This document shows, piece by piece, positions 37,543 to 49,036 of a DNA stretch of 64,000 bases (position 1 is its first letter; every line of letters begins with the position of its first letter). The DNA is from an uncultured bacterium (GTDB lineage Bacteria; SAR324; NAC60-12): assembly GCA_965662235.1 (NCBI GenBank), contig CBFIGY010000005.1:1-64000 (forward strand). Direction: 5' to 3'. The translations under genes and the position numbers were made by a program. The notes under the pieces are model-generated. The model was not told where the DNA came from. It saw only the letters and a program-made list of their open reading frames with translations, and made no database searches.

Positions 37543-40500
37543 ATGGCCAAGCATCATATCCTAGACGGAAACGAAGCCGTTGCCGACGTCGCCTATCGCT
37601 TGAGTGAGGTGGTCTGCATCTACCCGATCACGCCCTCTTCACCGATGGGAGAGTGGGCTGACACCTGGAGCGCGGCCAAGCGCGACAACATCTGGGGAGG
37701 ACGTCCGGACGTTGTGGAAATGCAGAGTGAAGGCGGTGCCGCCGGAGCCCTGCATGGAGCCCTGCAGACGGGTGCCCTGGCCACCACCTTCACGGCGTCT
37801 CAGGGGCTGCTGCTCATGCTCCCGAATCTGTACAAGATTGCCGGTGAGCTGACCCCTGCCGTCATCCATGTTGCTGCACGTTCGGTGGCCACACACGCCC
37901 TCTCGATTTTTGGCGACCACTCCGATGTCATGGCCATGCGTCCAGCCGGTTGGACCATGCTGGCCTCCGGAAGCGTCCAGGAGGCCGCCGACCACGCGGC
38001 CATTGCCCACGCGGCCACGCTGCTGTCGCGTGTGCCCATCCTGCACTTCTTCGATGGCTTCCGGACCTCCCATGAGCTGAGTTCCTCTGAGCCCATTCCT
38101 GACGAAGTGCTCGAGCAGCTGGTCTCCGAACCTGCGGTGCAGGCCCACCGGGCACGAGCCCTTTCTCCGGAGCACCCGGTTCTCCGGGGCACGGCTCAGA
38201 ACCCCGACGTCTTCTTCCAGTCCCGAGAGGCCGCTAACCGCTTCTACAACGCGGTTCCGGAACAGGTCCAGCAGGCCATGGACCGCTTTGCAGAACTGAC
38301 GGGGCGCGCCTACCAGGTCTTTGAGTACGTTGGACACCCAGAAGCGGAACGGGTGCTGGTGTTGATGGGATCGGGGGCGGAAACCGCACGGGAAACCGTC
38401 CGGTACCTCCAGGCACAGGGAGACCGTGTCGGGGTGGTGACTGTGCGTCTATACCGCCCCTTCGACGTCCAACGCTTTGCTGCGCTTCTGCCAGACACCG
38501 TCCAGAAGATCGCGGTGCTCGACCGGACCAAGGAACCCGGCGCCCTAGGCGAACCGCTGTTTCTGGATGTTGCGGCAGCCCTCCCCGAAGCCGTACGCAA
38601 CGGATGGCTGAAGCAGGCCCCGCAGGTGGTCGGTGGACGTTACGGACTGTCGTCTAAGGAGTTCACCCCGGCAATGGTCAAGGCGACCCTTGATCACCTC
38701 CAGGAGCCACAGCCACGCCACCCGTTCACCGTTGGCATCGAAGACGATGTGACCGGACTCAGCCTCAGTCTGGATGAAAGCTTCCGCATTGAGTCCTCAG
38801 ACACCTTCCGGGCCATCTTCTACGGCTTGGGTTCTGACGGAACCGTGGGCGCCAACAAGAACAGCATCAAGATCATCGGAGACCTCGACGGGCACTTTGC
38901 GCAGGCCTACTTTGTCTATGACTCCAAAAAGTCCGGAGCCATGACCATCTCGCACCTGCGCTTTGGTCCAGAGCCCATCCGGGCGCCCTACCTGATCGAG
39001 CAGGCGAACTTCATCGGCTGCCACCAGCCCGTCTTCCTGGAACGTCACAACGTCCTCGCGACCGCTCTTCCGGGATCCACCTTTCTCCTGAACACCCCGG
39101 ATGCTCCTGAAGACGCGTGGCACCACCTTCCCCGGCCGCTGCAGGAACAGCTGCTGAACAAGCAGATGCGCTTCCACGTCATTGATGCCGAGCGCATTGC
39201 CCGAGAGGTGGGCATGGGTCGACGCATCAACACCGTGATGCAGGCCGCGTTCTTCAAGGTCAGCGGAGTGCTTCCTGAGGCAGAGGCCAAGGAGGCGATC
39301 CGGAACGCCGTCATGAAGACGTACGCGTCCAAGGGCTCTGCGGTGGTGGAGCAGAACCTCAAGGCGCTGGAAGCCGCCATGCAAGCGGTGCATGAGGTGC
39401 CCTTGCCCACGACTGCCAGCAGCCGCCTGCAGTTCAAGCCTCCCGTGCCAGACGAAGCTCCAGACTTTGTGAAAAACGTGCTGGGCTGCATCATTGCTGA
39501 CGGCGGGAACCAGCTTCCCGTCAGCGCCCTTCCGGAAGACGGAACCTTCCCCACGGCAACAGCACAGTGGGAAAAACGGAACCTGGCTGCAGAGATTCCC
39601 GTCTGGGATCCCAAGACCTGCATTCAGTGCAACAAGTGCCTGATGGTGTGCCCACATGCGGTCATTCGCGCCAAGGTGGTTGAGCCTGAAGCCCTTGAGG
39701 CGGCTCCGGAAGGATTCCTCGCCGTGCCCGCCCGGGACCGCAACTGGGACGGTGGGCAGTACGTGCTGGCCGTTGCTCCGGAAGACTGCACCGGGTGCGG
39801 CCTGTGTGTGGACGTCTGCCCCGCCAAGAACAAATCTCAGACCCGCTTCAAGGCCATCAACATGGAACCGCAGGCGCCGTTGCGAGACGCCGCCGCTGCC
39901 CACTGGAAGTTCTTCACCGAGCTTCCGGAAACCGACCGGCTCAAGATTGACTCCGGAAAGATTCCGCAGCAGCAGTTCCAGCAGCCCCTGTTTGAATTCT
40001 CCGGGGCCTGCTCCGGATGCGGAGAGACGCCTTACGTCAAGCTAGCCTCGCAGCTGTTTGGAGACCGGATGGTCGTGGCCAATGCCACCGGATGCTCCTC
40101 CATCTATGGGGGGAACCTTCCCACCACTCCCTGGGCCACCACCACTGAAGGACGAGGGCCAGCCTGGTCCAACTCCCTGTTTGAAGACAACGCTGAGTTC
40201 GGACTCGGCTTCCGGGTGACGCTTGACCAGCAGCAGCAGACCGCCCTCACGTTGGTGAAGCAGCTGGCGCCGCAGTTGGGAGACACGCTCGTGCAGGCGT
40301 TGCTGGAGGCCGACCAGAGCACCGAGGCCGGTCTCTATGAACAACGAGAGCGGGTGACGCAGCTCCGGCAGGTGCTCCAGAAACTCGACCTCCCGCAAGC
40401 CCGCCGACTGGAAGCCCTCGCTGAAACACTGGTCCGCCGCAGCGTCTGGATCATGGGTGGAGACGGCTGGGCCTACGACATCGGCTTCGGGGGCCTGGAC

Positions 40501-41115
40501 CACGTTCTGGCCAGTGGCCGAGACGTCAACGTGCTGGTGCTGGATACAGAAGTGTATTCCAACACCGGAGGACAGAAGTCCAAATCAACCCCAATGGGCG
40601 CGGTCGCCAAGTTTGCCATGGGCGGAAAGGTTCAGGCCAAGAAAGACCTCGGCATGATGGCCATGAGTTACGGAAGCGTTTACGTCGCCAGTGTCGCCAT
40701 GGGCGCCAAGGATACCCACACCCTCCGGGCCTTCCTCGAAGCCGAGTCGTATCCGGGACCGTCGCTGATCATTGCCTACAGTCACTGCATTGCCCACGGC
40801 ATTGACATGACCACCGGCATGCAGCACCAGAAAGCCCTGGTGCAGTCTGGAAGCTGGCCGCTGTACCGTTTCGACCCTCGTCGCATTGCCATGCACCAAC
40901 CGCCGCTGCAGCTCGATTCCAAGCCCTCTGGCGTTCACCTTTCTCAGTTCCAGGACCTAGAAAACCGCTACCGCATGCTCCGGCAGGCGGATCCGGAGAC
41001 GGCGAAGCACCTGCAGCACGCCGCAGAGGTCGGACTGAATGAGCGGCAACGCTTCTATGAGCACCTAGCGGGCTGGATTCCCGAGCCAATTCCTCAAAAA
41101 CCTGAACAGGAGTGA
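37543..41115 (+). CDS. nifJ: Pyruvate:ferredoxin/flavodoxin oxidoreductase, single-chain
   Basis: YPITPSS, MQSEGGAAG, two 4Fe-4S motifs, FSGACSGCGE, GGDGWAYDIG, DTEVYSNTGGQ. Confidence 0.97.
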   Translation: MAKHHILDGNEAVADVAYRLSEVVCIYPITPSSPMGEWADTWSAAKRDNIWGGRPDVVEMQSEGGAAGALHGALQTGALATTFTASQGLLLMLPNLYKIAGELTPAVIHVAARSVATHALSIFGDHSDVMAMRPAGWTMLASGSVQEAADHAAIAHAATLLSRVPILHFFDGFRTSHELSSSEPIPDEVLEQLVSEPAVQAHRARALSPEHPVLRGTAQNPDVFFQSREAANRFYNAVPEQVQQAMDRFAELTGRAYQVFEYVGHPEAERVLVLMGSGAETARETVRYLQAQGDRVGVVTVRLYRPFDVQRFAALLPDTVQKIAVLDRTKEPGALGEPLFLDVAAALPEAVRNGWLKQAPQVVGGRYGLSSKEFTPAMVKATLDHLQEPQPRHPFTVGIEDDVTGLSLSLDESFRIESSDTFRAIFYGLGSDGTVGANKNSIKIIGDLDGHFAQAYFVYDSKKSGAMTISHLRFGPEPIRAPYLIEQANFIGCHQPVFLERHNVLATALPGSTFLLNTPDAPEDAWHHLPRPLQEQLLNKQMRFHVIDAERIAREVGMGRRINTVMQAAFFKVSGVLPEAEAKEAIRNAVMKTYASKGSAVVEQNLKALEAAMQAVHEVPLPTTASSRLQFKPPVPDEAPDFVKNVLGCIIADGGNQLPVSALPEDGTFPTATAQWEKRNLAAEIPVWDPKTCIQCNKCLMVCPHAVIRAKVVEPEALEAAPEGFLAVPARDRNWDGGQYVLAVAPEDCTGCGLCVDVCPAKNKSQTRFKAINMEPQAPLRDAAAAHWKFFTELPETDRLKIDSGKIPQQQFQQPLFEFSGACSGCGETPYVKLASQLFGDRMVVANATGCSSIYGGNLPTTPWATTTEGRGPAWSNSLFEDNAEFGLGFRVTLDQQQQTALTLVKQLAPQLGDTLVQALLEADQSTEAGLYEQRERVTQLRQVLQKLDLPQARRLEALAETLVRRSVWIMGGDGWAYDIGFGGLDHVLASGRDVNVLVLDTEVYSNTGGQKSKSTPMGAVAKFAMGGKVQAKKDLGMMAMSYGSVYVASVAMGAKDTHTLRAFLEAESYPGPSLIIAYSHCIAHGIDMTTGMQHQKALVQSGSWPLYRFDPRRIAMHQPPLQLDSKPSGVHLSQFQDLENRYRMLRQADPETAKHLQHAAEVGLNERQRFYEHLAGWIPEPIPQKPEQE

Positions 41116-41120
41116 GCATC

Positions 41121-42122
41121 ATGGACTTGAGAACCCACTACCTGGGGATGGAGCTGAGTTCCCCTCTCGTTCCATCGGCGTCTCCGCTGACGGAGAAGCT
41201 CGACAACCTCTTGCGCCTAGAAGACGCTGGCGCCGGAGCCGTGGTTCTGCCCTCCTTGTTTGAGGAACAGCTGGCCCAGGAAGGACACTTCCTCGACCTT
41301 CACCTGAGTCACACCGCCGAAAGTCACGCCGAGGCAACAAGCTACTTTCCCAACCACCCGGAGCTGCAGGTGGGGCCTGAGGAGTACCTGGAGCTGATCA
41401 TGCGGGCCAAGCAGCGCTTGGGCATTCCGGTCATTGCCAGCCTCAACGGCGAGACCAACGGAGGCTGGACCCGGCTGGCCCAGGAAATTGAACAGGCAGG
41501 CGCCGACGCCTTGGAGCTCAACGTCTACTCCATTCCCACCGACTTCGACCGGAGTGCGGAGATGATTGAGCAGGCCCTGCAGAACATCGTCTGGACCGTC
41601 CGGGATCAGACACGGATTCCGCTGGCGGTCAAGCTGAGTCCGTTTTACACGAACTTTGGCCATGTCGCCCAACGCCTTGAAGGCGCCGGGGCTGACGCAT
41701 TGGTGCTCTTCAACCGCTTCTACCAGCCGGATGTCGACCTAGAGGAACTGACCCTCACCCCGAAGGTCGTCCTTTCCTCAGTTGAGGAGCACCGGCTTCC
41801 GTTGACGTGGATTGGGTTGCTGTATGGGAAGGTCAAAGTGGATTTTGCGGCGACCAGTGGCATTCATGGTCACGAGGATGTGCTCAAGCTGCTCATGGTG
41901 GGAGCCAAGGTGACCATGATGGCCTCGACCCTCTTCTGGAACGGAATCTCGCACCTGGAGCACGTGAAGCACGAGCTGGTGGAATGGATGAAACGTCACG
42001 AGTACGAGTCCGTTCAGCAGATGCAGGGGAGCCTCAGTCACCTTCACGGAGACAACCCGGCGGCGTTTGAGCGTTCGCAGTACATCAAGATGGTGACCAC
42101 GCGGCTTCCCATCCTGCATTAA
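41121..42122 (+). CDS. Dihydroorotate-dehydrogenase-like flavoprotein
   Basis: YLGMELSSPLVPSASPL, SLFEEQ, PVIASLN, DALELN, VKLSPF, LFNRFYQPD. Confidence 0.88.
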   Translation: MDLRTHYLGMELSSPLVPSASPLTEKLDNLLRLEDAGAGAVVLPSLFEEQLAQEGHFLDLHLSHTAESHAEATSYFPNHPELQVGPEEYLELIMRAKQRLGIPVIASLNGETNGGWTRLAQEIEQAGADALELNVYSIPTDFDRSAEMIEQALQNIVWTVRDQTRIPLAVKLSPFYTNFGHVAQRLEGAGADALVLFNRFYQPDVDLEELTLTPKVVLSSVEEHRLPLTWIGLLYGKVKVDFAATSGIHGHEDVLKLLMVGAKVTMMASTLFWNGISHLEHVKHELVEWMKRHEYESVQQMQGSLSHLHGDNPAAFERSQYIKMVTTRLPILH

Positions 42123-42126
42123 GGCG

Positions 42127-42885
42127 TCAGCCGCGCCCGATGAACGGCATGGTGGTGGCCATCAGGGTCATGAACTGGACATTCGCCTCCAGAGGCAGGT
42201 TGGCCATCAACACCACGCTGTCTGCCACATGCTGCACGTCCATCACCGGCTCCGGCTGACGGGTTCCGTTGGCTTGGGGCACCCCCTCCTTCATGCGCTG
42301 CGTCATCGGCGTTTCCGCATTCCCAATATCCAGCTGACTGCACGCAATCCGGTAGGGACGTCCATCCAGAGAGAGGCTCCGAGTGAGTCCGGTGATGGCG
42401 TGCTTGGTGGCGGTGTAAGGGGCCGAATTTGGACGGGGCACGTGCGCGGAGATGGAGCCGTTGTTGATGATCCGTCCTCCCTGAGGTTCCTGAGCCCGCA
42501 TCATCCGGAACGCCGCCTGAGCACAAAGGAACGCGCCGTTGAGGTTGATGTCCACCACACGCTTCCAGTCTTCAAACGTCAGTTCGTCAAACCCCACCGG
42601 GGGCGCCCCCACACCAGCATTGTTGAAGAGGACGTCCAGGCGCCCGTAAGTGGTCTGGATCTGCTGAAACAGATCCGCCACCGCTTCTGGATCCGCAACG
42701 TTGGTGGGAACGCTGTGCAGCGTGCCTCCGGAGGGGTGCCTTGCGGCAACGGTTTCCTGCAGCGCCTCTTCCCGTCGACCGGTCAGAAACACGTGGTAGC
42801 CTTCTTTCTGCAACGCCAGAGCGGCGGCGCGTCCAATTCCAGATCCGGCACCTGTTACCAGGGCCACTCGATGTTCAGGGGTCAT
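42127..42885 (-). CDS. Short-chain dehydrogenase/reductase
   Basis: [17 protein letters not shown]. Confidence 0.93.
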   Translation of the reverse strand: MTPEHRVALVTGAGSGIGRAAALALQKEGYHVFLTGRREEALQETVAARHPSGGTLHSVPTNVADPEAVADLFQQIQTTYGRLDVLFNNAGVGAPPVGFDELTFEDWKRVVDINLNGAFLCAQAAFRMMRAQEPQGGRIINNGSISAHVPRPNSAPYTATKHAITGLTRSLSLDGRPYRIACSQLDIGNAETPMTQRMKEGVPQANGTRQPEPVMDVQHVADSVVLMANLPLEANVQFMTLMATTMPFIGRG

Positions 42886-43153
42886 TTCCAGAGTTCACAA
42901 GAGGGTTGATCAATCAGTCCGGAGGCAGAATAAGGACTCTGGCGGGGAGGGCCAAGTTCAAAGTGACCGGCACATCGCGAGGCCCGATCCGTCCAGATGC
43001 TTCACGGAAGCCTAACACGCGGCGCCGCTGCCAAGAGAGGTTGGGAAGAAACCGGTAGCAATTAAATGCAACTCCTGCGGTTTTCTTAATAAAAGGCTAA
43101 CAGAGACGGCTTAAGGTGAGACGTGTTTGGTAATCCTCTGTCGGCCGCTGCCT

Positions 43154-43462
43154 GTGTCTCAGTACATCGAAATCAACCTCTCCGAACTCCTAGAGCTCTC
43201 TGAAGAGCTCGGAGCCACCAAGAAGTTGCAGGTGCTGCTCTTCTGCATGAAGTCCCTTCAGGACAACGGCGAGGTGCAGCTGCATGTCTCCCAAACCGCT
43301 GAAAGGCTGGGGTGCGCCCGGGAGCACGTGTCTCGGGTCCTCAGTGACCTTGAAGCCAAGGGCATTCTGGAACGCATCAATGGGCAAGGCGCCCCCGGGC
43401 GCAAGGGACGTCGCTTCCGCATGCGCAATGGGCTCGTCCGGGAATCGTTGATGATGTACTGA
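43154..43462 (+). CDS. Small winged-HTH DNA-binding protein
   Basis: VSQTAERLGCAREHVSRVLSDLEAKGIL. Start uncertain (43127 or 43154). Confidence 0.7.
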   Translation: MSQYIEINLSELLELSEELGATKKLQVLLFCMKSLQDNGEVQLHVSQTAERLGCAREHVSRVLSDLEAKGILERINGQGAPGRKGRRFRMRNGLVRESLMMY

Positions 43463-43629
43463 GCTTTTTTTACCTCCCCTCCTCTTCCCCCTTTTTCCCC
43501 TACTTCAGCAAGCCCTGTTCGCACGTGCACCAAAAATAGGGCTTGAAATGTGACTCAATTGAAATCAAATTCATCACCTTTCTGGTCCTTTTAAGGACAA
43601 ACCCCCCATAACTTTGAAAGGGAGAAAAC

Positions 43630-44658
43630 GTGATGAAGCAATGGACGAAGAGCTTGAGCGCCTTGGCCGGAGCCCTGTTGCTGGGAGCCTCGGCACAGGC
43701 AGCGGACCGTCTCACCCTCTACTGCAGTCCGCAGATTGAGTGGTGTGAGCTGATGGTCAACACCTTTGAGCAGCAAACCGGCATTCGGGTTTCCATGACC
43801 CGGATGAGTTCTGGAGAAACGCTGGCGAAGATCAAGGCCGAACGCTCCAATCCTAAAGGAGACGTCTGGTGGGGGGGAACGGGTGACCCGCACCTGCAGG
43901 CCGCTGAAGAAGGCCTGACGGAAGTCTACAACTCTCCCATGATGTCCCAACTCAACGGCTGGGCCGTGACGCCGCACAAAGCCACTGGGGGTCGAACGGT
44001 CGGCATCTACATGGGGGGCCTCGGATTTGGCTACAACAAGGAGCTGCTGAATCAGAAAAACCTTCCGGCGCCCAAGTGCTGGAAGGACCTGCTCAATCCG
44101 GCCTTCAAGGGGGAAGTGCAGATCGCCAACCCCAACACCTCCGGGACCTCGTACACGACGCTGGCCACCATGGTTCAGCTCTTTGGAGAGCAAGAGGGCT
44201 TCAACTTCATGAAGCAGCTCCACAGCAACGTGAGTCAGTACACCAAGTCGGGGTCAGCGCCCATCAAGGCGGCCGCCAAGGGTGAGACCACCGTGGGCAT
44301 CGTCTTCATGCATGACGCTGTCACGCAGGCTGTGAAGGGCATGCCGATCACAACGGTCGCACCATGTGAAGGCACCGGTTACGAGATCGGTTCCATGAGC
44401 ATCATCAAGGGAGCCCGGAACCTAGAGAGCGCCAAGAAGTTCTACGACTTCGCTCTCTCTGCAGACGTCCAGAGCATGGCGGCTTCGGTGGGAGCCTATC
44501 AGGTGCCCTCGAACAAGAATGCCACGGTGCCCAGCGAAGCACCGGACCTGGATTCGGTGAAGGTCATTGACTACGACCACGCCAAGTACGGTTCCAAGGA
44601 TGAACGCTCCCGCTTGCTGTCCAAGTGGGACAATGAGGTCTCGACACTGCCCCGGTGA
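43630..44658 (+). CDS. AfuA/FbpA-family ABC substrate-binding protein
   Basis: Signal peptide; DVWWGGTGDPH, ANPNTSGT, YTKSG, PCEGTGYEIG. Confidence 0.88.
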   Translation: MMKQWTKSLSALAGALLLGASAQAADRLTLYCSPQIEWCELMVNTFEQQTGIRVSMTRMSSGETLAKIKAERSNPKGDVWWGGTGDPHLQAAEEGLTEVYNSPMMSQLNGWAVTPHKATGGRTVGIYMGGLGFGYNKELLNQKNLPAPKCWKDLLNPAFKGEVQIANPNTSGTSYTTLATMVQLFGEQEGFNFMKQLHSNVSQYTKSGSAPIKAAAKGETTVGIVFMHDAVTQAVKGMPITTVAPCEGTGYEIGSMSIIKGARNLESAKKFYDFALSADVQSMAASVGAYQVPSNKNATVPSEAPDLDSVKVIDYDHAKYGSKDERSRLLSKWDNEVSTLPR

Positions 44659-46919
44659 CCTCTTCCCGTGCCAGCGCCTCCCTACGGACTCGTGGAGCAG
44701 GAGGCGCCTCTCTTTTTCGCAACACCCTCCTCTTTTGGTTAGGCCTGGGCTGGTTTGGGGCACTGGTGCTGCCCTGGTACCAGGCCTACGACGGCTTCTG
44801 GAGCTTCATCTGGGTCAACGATGGTTGGCCCTGGGATGAGGAATACGCTCCAGGCATCCTCCAGGTCTTCTGGTTTGAGCGAGGGTGGCTGGCGCCGCTG
44901 CTGGTGCTGATGCTCCTGCCGTTTGGCGTCCTCTCGCGTCCACGAACCGATCCGCTGGTCTCCAAGCTATTGCTCTTTTGTGGCGGGTCCGGCCTGTTTT
45001 GGCTCTTCCTCCAAGGCTTCACCATTGGCCTCCGGGGATGGAACGGGGACTGGCTGCAGGCATGGCTCAGCAGCACCGGACCGTCTCAGGAAGGAATGGG
45101 CTACGGCGCCTTACTTGTGGCCGGATGCTTCCTGTTTCTGTTCACACAGGGCTGGTCGCTGAGGGGAGGCATTCAGGGGGATGGCTTTGTCACCGGCACC
45201 ATCGGTCTCAACCTGCTGCTCGTTGCGCTGTTCATTTTCTATCCGGTTGCACGCATCCTCTTCAATGCCCTCTTGGATGAAAACGACCAGCTCTCCCTCC
45301 TCGTTTTCTTCAGCAAACTAACGTCTCCACGCATCTGGCAGTTGAGCTGCCTTTACTCGGACCTGCGGTGTGGCGTCGCCTGGAACTCGCTGTGGCTCGC
45401 CGTGCTGGTGGGCGCCACCACAACGGTGCTGGGGCTCGCGTTTGCGCTGCTGGTGACCCGGACCGGAGTACAGGGCAAGAAGGCCATTCGAGCAGTGACC
45501 CTGCTCCCGATCATCACCCCGCCGTTTGTGATCGGCCTGGCCATCATTCTTCTCTTCGGACGCGCCGGCGCCTTCAACAGCTTCCTGTTCTGGGCCTTTG
45601 ACATTCCTCCCAGCCGCTGGGTTTATGGACTCCCTGGGGTGTGGTTTGCGCAAACCATGGCCTTTACCCCCATCGCTTTCATGGTCCTCATTGGCGTGGT
45701 CGAAGGCGTGAGCCCCTCCATGGAGGAAGCTGCCCAGACGCTCCGGGCCAGCAAGTGGGAAACCTTCCGGACGGTCTCTCTACCGCTCATGCGCCCAGGC
45801 ATTGCGAATGCTTTTTTGCTGGGCTTCATTGAGAGCCTTGCCGACTTTGGCAATCCCTTGGTGCTAGGAGGCAGCTACGAGGTCCTTTCCACCCAGATCT
45901 TCTTTGCCATCGCAGGCGCCCAGAGCGACCAGGGCATGGCTGCCGTCTTGGCGTTGGTGCTCCTAGGGTTCACTCTGACCACCTTCTGGATTCAGCGTCG
46001 CTGGTTGGGACAAAAATCGTACGTCAGTGTGACGGGAAAGGGAGACGCTGGTGTACCCGTGCAGCTGCCGCAGCGCGTGCTGTGGGGAATTGGTGCCATC
46101 GCCGTCCCGTTTGTCATCCTCAGCGTCACCCTTTACGGGATGATCCTCTTCGGCGGCTTCGTCGAAACGTGGGGCTACAAGCACAACTTCACCCTGAAGC
46201 ACTACACGGACGCTTTTGCGCTTGGGTGGTCAGACGAGTACGGCGTGATGTGGCTGGGCGCCGCGTGGAACTCCTTCTGGACCACGTTGCAGATTTCCGG
46301 AATCTCGGCGCCTCTGACTGCAGGACTGGGACTCCTGACCGCTTGGTTGCTCACCCGACAGCGCTTCGCCGGGAAGGACGTCTTTGAGTTTGTCACCATG
46401 CTGAGCTTTGCCATTCCCGGCACCATCATCGGCATCGGCTACATCCTCGCCTTCAACGTCCCTCCTGTGGAAATCACCGGGACCGGCGTCATTCTGGTGG
46501 TGTGCTTCATCTTCCGGAACATGCCCACCGGCATCCGGGCCGGAGTCGCTTCCATGGCTCAGCTTGACCCAAGCCTAGATGAAGCCTCCCTGACCCTGGG
46601 GGCTCCTTCTGGAACCACACTGCGGAAGATCCTGCTGCCCCTGCTGCGTCCGGCCCTCATTGCCGCCCTTGTCTTCAGCTTTGTCCGCGCCATGACCGCC
46701 ATTAGCGCCGTCATCTTCTTGGTGAGCGCCGACTACGACATGGCAACGTCTTACATCCTAGGGCGGGTGGAGAATGCAGATTACGGCCTCGCCATTGCCT
46801 ACTCGTCCGTCCTGATCGTTGTGATGCTGCTGGTGATTGCACTGATCCAGGTCGCCGTGGGCAAGCGTCAGCTGGGACGCCGACACTCAGAAACCGTCAA
46901 CTTAGGAGGAGCAGGATGA
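44655..46919 (+). CDS. AfuB/FbpB-family fused ABC permease
   Basis: LPIITPPFV, two EAA loops, ADFGNP. Confidence 0.9.
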   Translation: MTSSRASASLRTRGAGGASLFRNTLLFWLGLGWFGALVLPWYQAYDGFWSFIWVNDGWPWDEEYAPGILQVFWFERGWLAPLLVLMLLPFGVLSRPRTDPLVSKLLLFCGGSGLFWLFLQGFTIGLRGWNGDWLQAWLSSTGPSQEGMGYGALLVAGCFLFLFTQGWSLRGGIQGDGFVTGTIGLNLLLVALFIFYPVARILFNALLDENDQLSLLVFFSKLTSPRIWQLSCLYSDLRCGVAWNSLWLAVLVGATTTVLGLAFALLVTRTGVQGKKAIRAVTLLPIITPPFVIGLAIILLFGRAGAFNSFLFWAFDIPPSRWVYGLPGVWFAQTMAFTPIAFMVLIGVVEGVSPSMEEAAQTLRASKWETFRTVSLPLMRPGIANAFLLGFIESLADFGNPLVLGGSYEVLSTQIFFAIAGAQSDQGMAAVLALVLLGFTLTTFWIQRRWLGQKSYVSVTGKGDAGVPVQLPQRVLWGIGAIAVPFVILSVTLYGMILFGGFVETWGYKHNFTLKHYTDAFALGWSDEYGVMWLGAAWNSFWTTLQISGISAPLTAGLGLLTAWLLTRQRFAGKDVFEFVTMLSFAIPGTIIGIGYILAFNVPPVEITGTGVILVVCFIFRNMPTGIRAGVASMAQLDPSLDEASLTLGAPSGTTLRKILLPLLRPALIAALVFSFVRAMTAISAVIFLVSADYDMATSYILGRVENADYGLAIAYSSVLIVVMLLVIALIQVAVGKRQLGRRHSETVNLGGAG

Positions 46920-47974
46920 CCTCATCGGGCACTGCCGTTGAGTTTCAAAACGTGACCAAGGCCTTCGGTACCGTTCAGGCGGTCCGGAATGTGAGCTTTC
47001 AGATCCAAAGTGGTGAGCTGGTCACCCTGCTGGGCCCTTCCGGGTGCGGGAAGACCACCACGCTGCGGATGATTGCCGGCCTGGAAATGGCCACGTCCGG
47101 AAGCATCTTCATCGGTGGCCGAGACGTCACGCGCCTGCCGGCGACCGACCGGGATGTCAGCATGGTCTTCCAGTCCTATGCGCTCTTTCCACACATGTCG
47201 GTCATTCAAAACGTGGGCTACGGCCTCACCATGTCGAAGCTGCCCAAGCATGAAGTCGAGGAACGGGCGCAGGCTGGGCTGAAGCTGGTGGGCCTTTCCG
47301 GATACGAAAAACGCCTGCCCAGCGAACTCTCCGGAGGACAGCAGCAGCGTGTGGCCGTCGCCCGAGCGCTTGTGCTGGAGCCGGAGGTGTTGCTGTTTGA
47401 CGAGCCCCTTTCCAACCTTGATGCCAAGCTCCGACGGCATGTGCGTGAAGAGATCCGGGACCTGCAGCAGGAGCTGAACCTAACCGTGGTGTACGTGACA
47501 CACGACCAGGAAGAGGCCCTTGCCGTGTCTGACCGGATCATTGTGATGAAGGAAGCCGTCATTGCCCAAAAGGGAACCCCACATGAGCTCTATGAGACCC
47601 CTAAGAGCCGGTTTGTCGCCGATTTTATTGGCGATGCCAACCTGGTCACCGGGACCCTGCAGGCGATCTCTCCAGACACAGGAACCGTCATGCTGGAGGA
47701 CCTCACGCTGGAGCTGCCGCATCAGGGACTTGCTCCGGGTTCAGTAACGGTCGCAATCCGTCCAGAAGCAATCTTACTCAAACCACAGACGGAAGCCGGC
47801 ATTCACGGCGTGATCCGGAAGGCCACCTACCTTGGGGGACACATGGACTACACCGTTGAGACGTCGCTGGGGGAGCTGTTTGTCATGGACGCTGTCATGG
47901 ACGCGGTGCATGAGGCAGGCGACGAGGTGCACCTTCAGCTGAAGCGTCGGGGAGTGAGCCTGGTGAACGACTGA
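46916..47974 (+). CDS. AfuC/FbpC-family ABC ATPase
   Basis: [29 protein letters not shown]-like C-terminus. Confidence 0.93.
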   Translation: MTSSGTAVEFQNVTKAFGTVQAVRNVSFQIQSGELVTLLGPSGCGKTTTLRMIAGLEMATSGSIFIGGRDVTRLPATDRDVSMVFQSYALFPHMSVIQNVGYGLTMSKLPKHEVEERAQAGLKLVGLSGYEKRLPSELSGGQQQRVAVARALVLEPEVLLFDEPLSNLDAKLRRHVREEIRDLQQELNLTVVYVTHDQEEALAVSDRIIVMKEAVIAQKGTPHELYETPKSRFVADFIGDANLVTGTLQAISPDTGTVMLEDLTLELPHQGLAPGSVTVAIRPEAILLKPQTEAGIHGVIRKATYLGGHMDYTVETSLGELFVMDAVMDAVHEAGDEVHLQLKRRGVSLVND

Positions 47975-47980
47975 GGGACC

Positions 47981-49033
47981 ATGGCACTTGAATCCCTCAT
48001 TCTCCTGAGCAGCGGCCTCTTCCTTGGCTGGTCCCTTGGGGCCAATGATGCCGCGAACGTCTTTGGCACCGCGGTAGGCAGCCGCATGATCCGCTTTGGC
48101 ACCGCCGCGGTCATCTGCAGCGTCTTTGTGGTGCTGGGGGCGGTTTTCAGCGGAGAAGGCGTGGTCCGGAACCTCGGCACCTTGGGGTCGGTGAATGCCC
48201 TGGGAGGAGCCTTCATGGTGGCGCTGGCGTCAGCCGTCACGGTCTTCTCCATGATCCGGACTGGCATTCAGGTTTCCACCACGCAGGCGCTGATTGGCGC
48301 CATTGTTGGATGGAACCAGTTTGCAGGTCAACCCACAGACTCCACCATGCTGCTGAAGGTGGTGGCCACTTGGGGCGCCAGTCCGCTGCTGGCGGGATGC
48401 TTTGCAGCAGGACTGATGCTGGTCGCTCGGGCTTGGGTCCGGCACTACCCGATTGGCCTGATCCGACTCGACGCCTACACCCGGGTCGCCCTCCTGCTTT
48501 CCGGAGCCATTGGCGCCTACAGCTTGGGCGCAAACAACATCGCCAACGTCGTTGGGGTGTTTCTGCCGACTCAGCCCTTTTCGGAAGTCACATGGGGTGA
48601 CACAACGCTCTCGGCGCTCGACCTGCTGTTGCTGGTGGGGGGAGGAGCCATTGCGACCGGTGTCCTGACCTACTCCCGGCAGACGATGCAGCTCATTGGC
48701 CGTGGCGTGGCCAGTCTCTCGCCACTGGCGGCGTGGGTGTGCGTCAGTGCGCATTCGCTCGTCCTCCTCCTCTTTGCCTCCACCAGCCTCAAGCAGTGGC
48801 TCATTGCCCACGACCTCCCTTCTTTGCCACTGGTGCCGGTTTCTAGCTCTCAGGCCATTCTAGGGGCGATTCTGGGGGTGGGGCTGCTCCGTGGAGGACG
48901 CGAGGTGCACTGGGGGACGGTGGGACGGGTCGTGATGGGCTGGTTCCTCACCCCCCTGGCGGCGGGTCTGCTGTGCTTCCTGGGGCTCTACTTCCTCCAG
49001 AACGTGTTTTCCATTCCGGTGGTCGCTTCCTGA
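47981..49033 (+). CDS. PiT-family inorganic phosphate transporter
   Basis: GANDAANVFGTAVGS and GANNIAN signatures; PVSSSQ. Confidence 0.9.
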   Translation: MALESLILLSSGLFLGWSLGANDAANVFGTAVGSRMIRFGTAAVICSVFVVLGAVFSGEGVVRNLGTLGSVNALGGAFMVALASAVTVFSMIRTGIQVSTTQALIGAIVGWNQFAGQPTDSTMLLKVVATWGASPLLAGCFAAGLMLVARAWVRHYPIGLIRLDAYTRVALLLSGAIGAYSLGANNIANVVGVFLPTQPFSEVTWGDTTLSALDLLLLVGGGAIATGVLTYSRQTMQLIGRGVASLSPLAAWVCVSAHSLVLLLFASTSLKQWLIAHDLPSLPLVPVSSSQAILGAILGVGLLRGGREVHWGTVGRVVMGWFLTPLAAGLLCFLGLYFLQNVFSIPVVAS

Positions 49034-49036
49034 ACC

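Noticed and set aside
42890..43120. Riboswitch or ncRNA in the SDR-HTH intergenic region
   Set aside because: No recognisable cobalamin, TPP, 6S or SRP motifs on either strand.
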